From the IMG/VR virus record IMGVR_UViG_3300044970_001619, positions 62,001 to 122,923 of that record: 60,923 nt of DNA. One strand, given 5' to 3'. This document shows positions 29,652 through 39,881 of the stretch, in pieces. The notes under the pieces were generated by a model. It was not told the DNA's origin. It made no database searches and was given only the letters and a program-made list of their open reading frames with translations. This DNA is from an uncultured virus (IMG/VR IMGVR_UViG_3300044970_001619). Its lineage: Duplodnaviria; Heunggongvirae; Uroviricota; Caudoviricetes. The translations under genes and the position numbers were made by a program. Numbering within the stretch: position 1 is the first letter of the stretch; the number at the start of each line of letters is the position of its first letter.

Positions 29652-30700
29652 ACAAAATAATCGCCGTAAGTAGAATCAGATAAAGTACCTATAATACTAT
29701 TTACCGTACTTTTTCTTGAATTTAAATCACCTTGTGCAAAAACGAATCCATATCTTTGTACATACATTTTTTTGGATTCTGTTTTAAGATGATTGGTTCC
29801 AGATAATAAACTATCTCGTTTCGCACGAAGAGATGACAAATCATTACTTAATATTGTAAATTGAGATGAATATGTCGCACAAGATGTGGAACAAATACTC
29901 ACATTTCCAGAGGATACGGTGGGAACAAAAACACTTCCTACACCAGAACTTGCAACAATATAAGTATCTGTACCAACACCAAGAATAGGAGAACCTACAC
30001 GGGAAATGTTAAAAGATGCACCAGGAAATGAAAGAACACCAACACTTTGATTAGTTTGATATCCAGTTCCACCATTATTCACAATCACTGAAGTAATTAT
30101 TGTCCCTCCACTTCCTACTATAATATCAACAAGTCCACCAGTTCCTATTTCACCAGTTAATTCTTGACGATAATAAGTTCCTGGTGTGTATCCATAACCA
30201 GGATTTGTGATTGTTAAACTTGTAATGGAATCATTGTCAATTCCATTTACAGTGGTAGCATAACCTATTCCAGTCGTAAAAGTTGTAGAACCGTCAGTTC
30301 CAAAATATGGTCCATAGGGATCAGTTCCAGTATATGAAGTATTTTCTGCATTAATACGATGTGCTTTAACTTGTTCGTAATAATAATAATTACCAATAGT
30401 GTAAGTTGTTGTTGTAACTCCGACTATAGCACCAACACTATCATAAATGACCTCTGTACGAGTTGCAGTTGAACCACATCCGCAAGCATTTGCATTGTTT
30501 GCAACAATTCCAATATCATAAATCTTTTGATTAATTTTTACGGTTAAATTGCAAACTTCCAAATCAAGTTGTGCTACAGGGTTAATAAAACGATTAATCT
30601 TCAATTGCAATGGATCTACCAAAGTACCCAAAGAACTTACTTGATTATCCAGTGAAACAATTTCTGATTTATATTCATCAATAATTTCCTGTACTGGCAT
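29648..30700 (-). CDS. Putative baseplate-associated structural protein
   Basis: 350 aa; coiled-coil-like ends; translationally coupled within the gp5 operon. Confidence 0.55.
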   Translation of the reverse strand: MPVQEIIDEYKSEIVSLDNQVSSLGTLVDPLQLKINRFINPVAQLDLEVCNLTVKINQKIYDIGIVANNANACGCGSTATRTEVIYDSVGAIVGVTTTTYTIGNYYYYEQVKAHRINAENTSYTGTDPYGPYFGTDGSTTFTTGIGYATTVNGIDNDSITSLTITNPGYGYTPGTYYRQELTGEIGTGGLVDIIVGSGGTIITSVIVNNGGTGYQTNQSVGVLSFPGASFNISRVGSPILGVGTDTYIVASSGVGSVFVPTVSSGNVSICSTSCATYSSQFTILSNDLSSLRAKRDSLLSGTNHLKTESKKMYVQRYGFVFAQGDLNSRKSTVNSIIGTLSDSTYGDYFV

Positions 30701-30703
30701 ATA

Positions 30704-31528
30704 TCAACTCCTTATTGCACTTAAAACATATTCACGATTATCACCTGGATAATCGTCATAAGTACCTTCGTATTCTGGAATATTTTTAGATGTATCCTTT
30801 CTTTCACCATAAACAGTATAATAACACTTAATTGCTGAACCAGAATTATTTTTAATATAAATTTTATTTCCCCACTCAATTTTATCTACAAATAATTCTT
30901 GATGCATTTCAATTGGTGTAAGATGAACAGTAATGGTCTCAACATCAACTAAATTTTTCCAATAATATGGAAGTTCAATAACATTTTTATTATCAAGTTG
31001 CCCTCTCACAAAAACATCAGCAGTTGGACCTTCAATACAAACGTGCCTTAGTCTCCATCCTGGTTTTGATGGATGTGGAATATCAAAATTTTTTTTTCCG
31101 ACACAAGCACTAATATCTCCAAAATATCGAACTGCGGTTACATTTTCAGTAACATTGAGATTTCCAGTAATTACTTTGTTTGCAGTGGAAATGTGTGCTC
31201 CCGAATTGACTTTTATAGCAGAAGATATATCTGCTGCTAATTTCATAGCAAGACCCAAAAATTTAGAAATTCCTATTGTATTTGTATCTCCAACAAAATT
31301 TGCGATTCCAGAAACTTCAAGAGAAGCAGGAACAGTAAGACCTGGCACTGGTGGTCCAATCATACAAGTTGCTCTTGCAACTCCAATCTGTGGGGTCAAA
31401 CCAATATAACAAGGACCATTAATAACTGCTGTTCCCGGAGTAATTTCTGCAGTAGCAGTCAAAAAGGACATATCCAATTGACCTACAATTAGTTTTTCTC
31501 CAATGTTAGCAACTGTAAAATCTGCCAT
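30704..31528 (-). CDS. Putative baseplate spike-associated protein
   Basis: 274 aa; KNFDIPHP...LRHVCIEGP domain; downstream of gp5. Confidence 0.55.
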   Translation of the reverse strand: MADFTVANIGEKLIVGQLDMSFLTATAEITPGTAVINGPCYIGLTPQIGVARATCMIGPPVPGLTVPASLEVSGIANFVGDTNTIGISKFLGLAMKLAADISSAIKVNSGAHISTANKVITGNLNVTENVTAVRYFGDISACVGKKNFDIPHPSKPGWRLRHVCIEGPTADVFVRGQLDNKNVIELPYYWKNLVDVETITVHLTPIEMHQELFVDKIEWGNKIYIKNNSGSAIKCYYTVYGERKDTSKNIPEYEGTYDDYPGDNREYVLSAIRS

Positions 31529-32118
31529 TATTTGCCTCCAGGATTATCAGAGCAAATGGAAGCAAAGAAATTTTTAAACCTAGTAATTGCATCTAATATT
31601 TTGCCCAAAACAGAAGACTTATCGGAGTCTATTCCTGATTGAACTTCTGCTTGTGTATTCGCACTTAAAGATGCAGTGCTTCCAGTTACTGAAGCATTAT
31701 TTGCTGCTGCAGTTGTTGTATTTGTTCCTTGTGTAGTGACCGTTGGAGCGTCTTGATGAATTAATTTGGATGCTTGAAATGTAATCTCTCCTCCTCCTGT
31801 CCCATCAAGAGCAACAAACCGAATGTTTGCTGCAACAATTGTAACAGTTCCATAGGGTGCAGATAGAACTATTCCTCCATTTTCCGCACGAATAATTTTT
31901 GCTGGTTCAGATTCATTGGTAATTTTTCTTCCGACAACTTCTTTTGATGTTTTATCGGCAACAATATCTAAATCACCATTTTCATAATAGATAAATCCTT
32001 GACCTTTTTTTGTTGTGCAAGAATAGTCTATCTTCCCATTATGAGGACTTTCTACTCCACAAGCTTCTATAAAATGGTCAGTCTGTCTTAAATGTGGGTC
32101 TGGAGTTGTCATACACAA
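31528..32118 (-). CDS. gp5 C-terminal/beta-helix spike-like protein
   Basis: Short beta-strand repeats (IIRAENGGIVLSAPYGTVTIVAANI); overlaps the gp5 stop. Confidence 0.5.
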   Translation of the reverse strand: MCMTTPDPHLRQTDHFIEACGVESPHNGKIDYSCTTKKGQGFIYYENGDLDIVADKTSKEVVGRKITNESEPAKIIRAENGGIVLSAPYGTVTIVAANIRFVALDGTGGGEITFQASKLIHQDAPTVTTQGTNTTTAAANNASVTGSTASLSANTQAEVQSGIDSDKSSVLGKILDAITRFKNFFASICSDNPGGK

Positions 32119-34289
32119 TCTATCACTGAGGTTACTGCGATTCCAGAGACTGCTGGAACACCAGTTGTTGAAGAATAATTTGGAGTAAATTGCATAACTG
32201 GAATGAGTTCTGCTCCTACTCCTGTGTTGGTATTTATAGTTAGTGTGGGAATGGTTTTAAATTCTCCTATAATATTTGTTGGCAACTTAACATCTACAAT
32301 TGCTCCACTTCCAGGAGAAATAATTGGTTCATAAGTATTTTTACCATCAGTAATTTTATCCCCAGTTGTATATCCATATCCTGGTTTATCTACCACAACA
32401 TCAGTAACTGTGCCAGTTATAGAAGAACTTATTCCTGGTGCTGTAACATTGCCTTTACAATATCCATCACCAGAATTTAGAATTATAACTTTATCAATAC
32501 CACCATCTTTTTCATTCACCTCAACTCTTGCAGTTGCACCTAAACCATAATTACTTTTATCAACAATTCTTACATCTGTTGTTCCATTTGTATAACCAAC
32601 TCCCCTGTTGGCAATTTGAACAGAGAAAATCTTACCATTATCACCAACTATTGGAATTGCTTTAGCACCAACTCCGTCACCTGTGATATAAACTTGTGGT
32701 GGTATGCACGTTTTCCATCTGCTTCCAATTGGCATTCTCATTAAATCATCCTGATTCTGTGGATTAAGAACTTTAGACACACAAGATGCATTATTAAGTG
32801 CTCTATCAATCAAACCACCAAATCCAGACCCAAAAGTATCAGTTGCAGAATATAAAGGAGTATTACGAAGAGAAACTTCTATTGAACTTCCTGCTTTAGC
32901 AGCAGTTTTAAACACATTAACATTACTAACCATTTTTTTCCAATCATCTGCTTCTTTTTCACTTGGTCCAAATTTTGCTGCCCAAGTATGTGGTTTCTTG
33001 CAAGCAAGTCCAGTGCATTCAAGAAAGCTAAAAATTTGAGATGCCAAAGAACTTGCTTGATTTAAAATTCCAGAAATTGTTCCTAATCCACCAGTCAACC
33101 AACTAATACCAGACATTATATCAGATAATGCATCTTCAATCGCATTCATTAGTTTAGCAAGAATTCCAGCAGTCCATTCTTCTGCTGCACAAAGAGGGAC
33201 ATTTACTGTTCTATCTACTAAATCCTGTAAAGCATTTGTAATAAAATCCAAAAGACTTGATGGAAGTTTTTCTAGAATACAAAAAATTCCATCAAGAATT
33301 TTCTTCATTGATTCCAAAACAATCTTTTGTTGGGGTTGTGGAACAACAAGACCGACTAATTTTCTAAATGCCCAAGTAATACATTTAAAAATTGTATTTC
33401 TTAAATTATTGATAATGAGTTTTACGATACTAAGTATAGACCTAGCAGTATTACGAATTTGATTTCCTATATCTACAATTTCATTTAATACAGTATCTAC
33501 ATAAACATTTAAATATCGGTCTAATCCATTTGTAATTGCCATAAAGCTCTGAAGAGCTTGTGAAATATCTCCGATTAATCCATTCTGACAACCATTAGGT
33601 ATTGTAATTTCTACATCTGCTTTTTTCGCAACTTGCCATATAGATGATGCATCAAATTGAAGTCTATCTCCATACTGAGGAAATACACGAGTAGTCCCAG
33701 TGTAAAATCCAACATTTGAATTAAAAGCAATATCTACTTTGTCTTTTGTTGATAGTGGAGAAGTTTCTGTTTGAGGATTTTCAGGAATAATTTCTTTTTC
33801 TTTTCTTGCACTTCTTTGAGTTGCTGGGATATTATTTCCAGGATGTCCAGTAAATGGTTTGAATTGAGAACTTTTTTCTTTTGCTATTACCTCTTCTGAG
33901 ATTAAATTCTTAACACCATCACTACGATGAAGAAGACCCATTATGACTGGTTGTTGTGCATCATCTCCGTCAATAAAAAATCCAAAGCAAGTCTCACCAC
34001 CCTTTAAATTTATTGTTGCTCCCATACCACCTTGACCACTTCCAAAAGCAGGGTCCATCATAATCTGTGCCCAAGGCAAATCATCATCAGGAAGAACATT
34101 ACCATCAAAAGTATGATGACCAACAATTCTTACCTTACATCTTGCTGCCCACACTTTACCGTCAGAACCCTTTTCCTCCGAAAACTGAGATTTGCTTTTC
34201 CAAGAGTTTTGATTTGCTACTTGTCCAATCCACCAATAAAAACCATCTTTACCAATGTAATTGGATTTCAATAAAGCTTCTTCAATCAT
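32109..34289 (-). CDS. gp5: Baseplate hub/central spike protein gp5
   Basis: gp5 OB-fold motif FYWWIGQV...RCKVRIVGHH...DDDLPWA...GFFIDGDDAQQPVIMG. Confidence 0.85.
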   Translation of the reverse strand: MIEEALLKSNYIGKDGFYWWIGQVANQNSWKSKSQFSEEKGSDGKVWAARCKVRIVGHHTFDGNVLPDDDLPWAQIMMDPAFGSGQGGMGATINLKGGETCFGFFIDGDDAQQPVIMGLLHRSDGVKNLISEEVIAKEKSSQFKPFTGHPGNNIPATQRSARKEKEIIPENPQTETSPLSTKDKVDIAFNSNVGFYTGTTRVFPQYGDRLQFDASSIWQVAKKADVEITIPNGCQNGLIGDISQALQSFMAITNGLDRYLNVYVDTVLNEIVDIGNQIRNTARSILSIVKLIINNLRNTIFKCITWAFRKLVGLVVPQPQQKIVLESMKKILDGIFCILEKLPSSLLDFITNALQDLVDRTVNVPLCAAEEWTAGILAKLMNAIEDALSDIMSGISWLTGGLGTISGILNQASSLASQIFSFLECTGLACKKPHTWAAKFGPSEKEADDWKKMVSNVNVFKTAAKAGSSIEVSLRNTPLYSATDTFGSGFGGLIDRALNNASCVSKVLNPQNQDDLMRMPIGSRWKTCIPPQVYITGDGVGAKAIPIVGDNGKIFSVQIANRGVGYTNGTTDVRIVDKSNYGLGATARVEVNEKDGGIDKVIILNSGDGYCKGNVTAPGISSSITGTVTDVVVDKPGYGYTTGDKITDGKNTYEPIISPGSGAIVDVKLPTNIIGEFKTIPTLTINTNTGVGAELIPVMQFTPNYSSTTGVPAVSGIAVTSVIDCV

Positions 34290-34491
34290 CGTAAATTCTA
34301 CACTCCAGTGCGTTTGGGTTTAAATCGCAAAATAATTCTAATGCATTTGGTATTAAAGTATTATTTGGATTATTCTTTTGATATTCCAAAAGTTCTTCCA
34401 AATGTGCTTCTAAGTATCTTTTTCTTTGTTTATTTAATGATGAATTTCCCAATTCATCATTTATATTATGTATGAATTGTTGTAAATCCAT
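34282..34491 (-). CDS. cp12: CP12 Calvin-cycle inhibitor (auxiliary metabolic gene)
   Basis: 69 aa; C-terminal LELFCDLNPNALECRIYDD with the C-x8-C pair. Confidence 0.85.
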   Translation of the reverse strand: MDLQQFIHNINDELGNSSLNKQRKRYLEAHLEELLEYQKNNPNNTLIPNALELFCDLNPNALECRIYDD

Positions 34492-34496
34492 TTTTC

Positions 34497-35810
34497 TTAC
34501 TCGTTTTGAGGACCATAAAGACCGTAACTATCACGAATTAGTTTTACACTTGTAACCATTTGGTTTCCTTCAAAATGATGTCTTAATTCTTTAATCAAGT
34601 AGTTTCCACTCTGTTCGTCATCTGCTTCTTTATTGTCTGTTCTTGTGATTCTTGGAAACTGTGCCTTTATAATATCTCCAACTTTCAATCTTATGTTACA
34701 AGGTATAACCATATTTAGTGCTTGAGTGAACAATAAATTATATCTAGAATAAGACATTGACATATCAGCACCACTTCTAGACTTACCACTTATCGTTCCA
34801 TCATTATTTAAGTTTCCTCTATCGGAAGCTTTAAACATAATTCTACTAATACTATCTCCAAATTCTTCAGATACAGCAATACTTTTAGAAGCACCTAATT
34901 TATTCTTGACTTGATCTTTCACTGTGTATTTGTAAATATCTAAAGTACTTGAATACAAATCAAAATAATATGTTTTATTTGCATACATACCAACTCTCAA
35001 TGCTTTCATCAAGTCAATATTCTTTTCATACTTATAATTTAAAATTCTAAAATTTGTTTCTACATTATTACTCTCAATGATTGGAGCATACTGATAACTA
35101 TATATTGACTCCTTATCGGCACTATTATTTTGTATTTGAGTGCTTGATACTAAACTGTCAATACTTCTAAAATTAAAACCGTCTTTATTCTCATAAAATA
35201 AAAATCCAGCAGTTCCCTTTGCTATTCCACTATTTTCACCTCCAGATGTTCCCGAATTTTGCCCATTTGCAGGAACTGCTTTTGGACCTAACCAAGTCAA
35301 AACGTGAAATGGTTTTCTATTATTTCCAATAAAAGAAAATTCGTTTGATGTTGATTCTATATTTTCACTTTTAAACTTTTTAGTTTTTAATACATCCTTT
35401 AAAATTTTAGTTACTGTAGTTTGAATATTACCTGTATATTTTCTTTCACATCTGACAGTATCATTCGTCAAACCTTCACGAGAAACTAAGTGTAAAGTGA
35501 ACATTTCACTTGACTTTTGTGCATCAAGATTGCTAACCTTATAAACATAAAAAGCAGTATCACCGTCAAATAAAAATTCACCAAATGCAGTATCAACACT
35601 AATGGAAACTTTTTCTCCACCACGAATTGGTAAAAGATTAAACAAACTTGTACTATTAACTATTTGTGCAGTAGCAGTTATACAAGGAGATAAAATATCC
35701 TCAAAGTAATCAAAAAACAATAATGAATTGGTAATATCAATTTTTTTGCTACCATCTAATGATTGTATGATAAAATAATTTGGTTTAAATGCTGCTACAG
35801 ATTGTGACAT
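34497..35810 (-). CDS. Baseplate hub protein (gp27/VgrG-like)
   Basis: YFEDILSP, LPIRGGE, FLFYENKDGFNFRSID, SGNYLIKELRH. Confidence 0.7.
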   Translation of the reverse strand: MSQSVAAFKPNYFIIQSLDGSKKIDITNSLLFFDYFEDILSPCITATAQIVNSTSLFNLLPIRGGEKVSISVDTAFGEFLFDGDTAFYVYKVSNLDAQKSSEMFTLHLVSREGLTNDTVRCERKYTGNIQTTVTKILKDVLKTKKFKSENIESTSNEFSFIGNNRKPFHVLTWLGPKAVPANGQNSGTSGGENSGIAKGTAGFLFYENKDGFNFRSIDSLVSSTQIQNNSADKESIYSYQYAPIIESNNVETNFRILNYKYEKNIDLMKALRVGMYANKTYYFDLYSSTLDIYKYTVKDQVKNKLGASKSIAVSEEFGDSISRIMFKASDRGNLNNDGTISGKSRSGADMSMSYSRYNLLFTQALNMVIPCNIRLKVGDIIKAQFPRITRTDNKEADDEQSGNYLIKELRHHFEGNQMVTSVKLIRDSYGLYGPQNE

Positions 35811-37906
35811 TAGCTTGCTGACAGATTAGTAAGTAACATAGTCTTCATAAGACTATTTACCAGTTGTCCTTCATCTGGACCAGGAAGAATTACAGTTCCT
35901 CCACCACCACCTCCAACTGGAATAAAGACTGGTTTTTGTTGTCCTCCTCCACCTTGAGGACTCATCATCATTGGTATAATTGTTGTAACCTGTTGTAGTT
36001 GATTATAAGAAGGGTATTGTTGGAGATTTTGAATCATTCCAGATTGATATGCAGCAATTGCCTCTGGAGTTAAATCTGGACCTCCTATTCCAGGTCTCTT
36101 TGAAGCATCCATTATTGCTTTAATTCTGGAAAGATTTGAATTTGGATCACTTGCTTCATTTGCAATAATAGATTTATGGTACATTACATTTAATTTCTGT
36201 GCTTTTGCTAATTTTTCAACCAATTCAGCAGTTTTTAAATTATATTCCTTTTCTCCAGGAGCACCAGTTTCACCTTTTGTTACATCAGCGTGTCCTGCAA
36301 AAATATGATATGCACGTTTAGGGTCTTTCATCATTGCTTCAACTATTCTTTTTGCATTTGCTTCAGCACCTAATGCCATATCTGACTCTAGAATATTTCC
36401 ACCTCTATTTGTAACACCCAATCCTCCTCTAAAATTTTTACCATAAGTCCCGAAACTAGAAACAAGTGCTTGAGAAACAGCAGTATCTGGACTGGTATTG
36501 CTTGGGATTAATCCTGTCTTTTGTCCTTTTGCATTTGGGTCTGCGTGTAATTCTAAAACAAAAGGATTAGAACCTGCTCCCGAAACTCCTGCCTTTGGTT
36601 TGACTTTTACATTGCCACCGAATCTAAAATACTTATCTCCCTCACTTGTAGGTATTTCTAATTTTTTACTTCCTTGTCTAACTTCAAAATGAACGTGAGG
36701 TCCCGTAGAATTTCCTGTGCTTCCTACATTTCCAATTACAGTTCCAGGTTCTATTTGTTGTCCTTCTTTGACTGATATTTTACTTAAGTGCCCATAAAAA
36801 CTACTAGAACCACCAGGATGTGCAATTTGTACAGCATATCCATACCCACCATCATTAAATTGTGCGTATGTTACTTGACCAGGTTGAATCACACTTACTG
36901 GTGTTCCTTCCGTAATAGCATAATCAACACCACTATGAATTCTTCCCCATCTCCAACCATAAGGAGATGAAGTATATTTGCTGGGCATTTGACCACCTTC
37001 AGCAGTCATATCTGGAAGTTCTCCTGGAATTTCAGGAGCATCTGGAATTGCATCTGGGTCTAAACCGTAATCCAACATCATTTCATCAGAACCAGCAGCA
37101 GCTGCGGCACCATTTACCACAGAAGCAAATGACTTATAGACAAAGTTTTCAAACTTTCCTACAGAGTCACTAAATCTGTTTATTACATCACCAAATCCAC
37201 TTTCTTGAACTGATGCCTTTTGTTGTTGTTCTTGTGCCTTTAGTTTTTCTTCAACTTTTCCAGACACACCTCCAGCACCACCAGTTGCAAGTTCATATGC
37301 TCTATCTGCGGTGTAACCACCCAAAAATCCACCTGCCATACTTCCAATTACAAAACCAAGCCCAGGTATTGGAATTAGTGCTTGCCCAATGGCACCACCA
37401 AGTAATGAACCAGCAAGATTGCCCACTGCTCCCGATGCTGCTTGACCTGTGCTTTCTCCCTCTGCCAATCCCTGAGCAAAATCCAATCCAGAAAAAACTG
37501 CATTCAAAATACCTACAGATTTGAGTCCTCCAAATTGTAACTTAGAACCAGAAACTATTGGTTTTGGTGGTCTCAATCCTCTTGTATTTTGAGGAGCACC
37601 CATTTTTCCTCTTGGAGGGAACATATTACCAAGAAAACCAGCAACATCAAGTGCCCCTCCAAGTAAAGATGATAATAAATTTCCAGGAGAACCAAAACTT
37701 GAAGCAATGTTTAAGTTCGCAAGTTCTTTAATTTTTCTTTTTTCAGGTAATTTTATTCTATTAATTTCTTTATTTTGAGTGTTTAAAAACTTAGAGAAAT
37801 CAACAACATCTCTCTGAATTCCTTTTAGTCTTCTTGAGGAATCTCCACTAAAAGAAACTATGTTATTGGAAGCAGAAACTAAAGGAGAAGAAAGTACTTT
37901 TTTCAT
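35810..37906 (-). CDS. Virion tail-associated murein hydrolase: M23 peptidase plus permuted Amidase_3
   Basis: M23 motifs HSGVD, YGHLS, GSTGNSTGPHVHFEV; followed by LELHAD and AGH...EKEYN. Confidence 0.8.
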   Translation of the reverse strand: MKKVLSSPLVSASNNIVSFSGDSSRRLKGIQRDVVDFSKFLNTQNKEINRIKLPEKRKIKELANLNIASSFGSPGNLLSSLLGGALDVAGFLGNMFPPRGKMGAPQNTRGLRPPKPIVSGSKLQFGGLKSVGILNAVFSGLDFAQGLAEGESTGQAASGAVGNLAGSLLGGAIGQALIPIPGLGFVIGSMAGGFLGGYTADRAYELATGGAGGVSGKVEEKLKAQEQQQKASVQESGFGDVINRFSDSVGKFENFVYKSFASVVNGAAAAAGSDEMMLDYGLDPDAIPDAPEIPGELPDMTAEGGQMPSKYTSSPYGWRWGRIHSGVDYAITEGTPVSVIQPGQVTYAQFNDGGYGYAVQIAHPGGSSSFYGHLSKISVKEGQQIEPGTVIGNVGSTGNSTGPHVHFEVRQGSKKLEIPTSEGDKYFRFGGNVKVKPKAGVSGAGSNPFVLELHADPNAKGQKTGLIPSNTSPDTAVSQALVSSFGTYGKNFRGGLGVTNRGGNILESDMALGAEANAKRIVEAMMKDPKRAYHIFAGHADVTKGETGAPGEKEYNLKTAELVEKLAKAQKLNVMYHKSIIANEASDPNSNLSRIKAIMDASKRPGIGGPDLTPEAIAAYQSGMIQNLQQYPSYNQLQQVTTIIPMMMSPQGGGGQQKPVFIPVGGGGGGTVILPGPDEGQLVNSLMKTMLLTNLSAS

Positions 37907-39681
37907 TATCCGTCTACTATATTATAAACCATTCTTGAATATAAAACTAAAAAATTATCAGTGTTTGCAGAAGGTAATAATGGAACTGATGGACCATTTT
38001 TTTGAGTTGATGGTGGTGCAGAAATACCTCCTCCACCACCTTGAGATTGTTGAGGCATTGCACCAGACAAATCTATTGGTACAATATTTGTTTGTGATTG
38101 TGCTGCTGTTTGAGCAACTTGAGAAACACCTGTTGCTAAGTTGTTGTATTCTTCTAATTTTAATTTTCCAGCCTTATATGCTGCAGCATATTCTTTAGGC
38201 AATTCCTCATAACTACCTCCTATTCCTGGTTTTGGTTTATATGTTTTTTCCAATCCTGGAGTCAATTTTTTATACCATTCTCCAGTTTTAACTGATCCAT
38301 ATTCTGGATCAGGACCCCCAGAATAACCACGATCAGTTCTATAAACAATATACTTATCTCTAAGTAATTGTGATATTTTAGCACCAGAATAACCTTGAGT
38401 GGTTAATGCTTCAGGAACTCCAGCACCTCTCGTCTTAATTTCATTTGCAGAAAATCTTGCTTGGAATCTCAATCCCTCAGCAGTTTCTTTTATTTGACCT
38501 TTGGTCTCATCCCAAACCCCAGCCTTTTTGGCCTGATCGATTAAAGCAGTTCTTCTATCTTGATTCCAACTAAACATACCAGTATTAGGAATTTTTGCAG
38601 AAGGATCAGTATGAGTTCCAAACAAGTTTTTATTGTCCATCCCACCTTCTCTGCCAATTTCAGCAATTAATCTTTTTGCTCCCTCATCAGTATATCCAAG
38701 ATTTCTATATTCATCATATAAAACTGCTGATTTGCCTGCCATAGTAGATATATCACCACTTTTCAAATTACTATAATCCACTGGAGATCCAGGACCAGGA
38801 CCTCCAGGACCAGGACCTCCAGGACTTCCCCCACCACCTCCTGCACCACCACCAGGAGGTTTGGAAGGACCCTTTCCAATACCAATCATTGTATTAATTG
38901 CTGTAATAAATCTTTCTATTGCAGAACTAAACGTTGATATGATGTCTCCACCATCTCCAGGTTGAAGCATTCCTGCTCTAATTTCATCAACATTAGAAAG
39001 AGCATTCACTGTGCCAGCACCAACAGCACCCAATCCAAGAGCACCAGCACCAAGGGCAAGCATTTTGCCTCTTCCCTTGAACATATTACCAAGTCCTCGT
39101 GGTGCGCTCTTTCTGACACCACCCATGGGAACATCAACATCAATGTCAATTCCACCTCCACCACCTGGAGATGCTTTTGGAAGATTTGATAATTGTTGTA
39201 CTATTTTTACAATGACCTGACGAATCAATTTTGCAACTTCAAAACTTTCTGTAAATGATTTAGAAAGATTTTTTAAATTGTCACTTATTCTATTCACAAA
39301 TTTTTTGTTGCCAAAAAACTGAATGAATTGTATTACACTCTTATAGGTACTTAAAAACTTACTTAGAATGCCGGTTGGTTTCGCAGAATCAACATCAGAT
39401 ACTCTTTTCTTATAATCTGTAGTGAAACTTTGAAGAGTATTATTTAAAGTGCTTGTTATATTGTTTGTAATATTTGTAGAAATAGTACTTACGATTGAAT
39501 CTACTGAAGATGGGACTGGTTTTGCAGTCCCTCTTTGAAATCCTACTATTTTATTTGCAGCAGAAGCAATTGAAGATGTTCCAAGAAAAGAACCACCAGA
39601 AATAAAATTTTTGGCGAGTTGTTGGTTTGTATTCTGCTTACCTACTATTCTTTCTGGGTTCAGAACCGAACCTATTACCAT
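37906..39681 (-). CDS. Virion tail-associated protein with phage tail lysozyme (Phage_lysozyme2-like) domain
   Basis: GYTDEGAKRLIAEIGREGG...GMFSWNQDRRTAL...QARFSANEI. Confidence 0.65.
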   Translation of the reverse strand: MVIGSVLNPERIVGKQNTNQQLAKNFISGGSFLGTSSIASAANKIVGFQRGTAKPVPSSVDSIVSTISTNITNNITSTLNNTLQSFTTDYKKRVSDVDSAKPTGILSKFLSTYKSVIQFIQFFGNKKFVNRISDNLKNLSKSFTESFEVAKLIRQVIVKIVQQLSNLPKASPGGGGGIDIDVDVPMGGVRKSAPRGLGNMFKGRGKMLALGAGALGLGAVGAGTVNALSNVDEIRAGMLQPGDGGDIISTFSSAIERFITAINTMIGIGKGPSKPPGGGAGGGGGSPGGPGPGGPGPGSPVDYSNLKSGDISTMAGKSAVLYDEYRNLGYTDEGAKRLIAEIGREGGMDNKNLFGTHTDPSAKIPNTGMFSWNQDRRTALIDQAKKAGVWDETKGQIKETAEGLRFQARFSANEIKTRGAGVPEALTTQGYSGAKISQLLRDKYIVYRTDRGYSGGPDPEYGSVKTGEWYKKLTPGLEKTYKPKPGIGGSYEELPKEYAAAYKAGKLKLEEYNNLATGVSQVAQTAAQSQTNIVPIDLSGAMPQQSQGGGGGISAPPSTQKNGPSVPLLPSANTDNFLVLYSRMVYNIVDG

Positions 39682-39705
39682 CTTGCTTTCTTATTTTAGA
39701 ATTAT

Positions 39706-39879
39706 TTATTGAGCATTTTGTTGTTTTAGTTTCTCATCTTCAATATGTTGTTGGAGAAGTGCTAAGTAAATATCTCTTTCCCAAGGCATCATATTTTCAA
39801 CATCCCTAATCGGCCATTTATGAAATTGAAGTAATGCAAAATTAATTCTAAAGTATGACTCCAATTCCATATAAGCCAT
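39706..39879 (-). CDS. gp51: Baseplate hub assembly catalyst gp51
   Basis: Read manually: YFRINFALLQFHKW...ENMMPWERDIYLALLQQHIEDE; follows gp26. Confidence 0.85.
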   Translation of the reverse strand: MAYMELESYFRINFALLQFHKWPIRDVENMMPWERDIYLALLQQHIEDEKLKQQNAQ

Positions 39880-39881
39880 AC

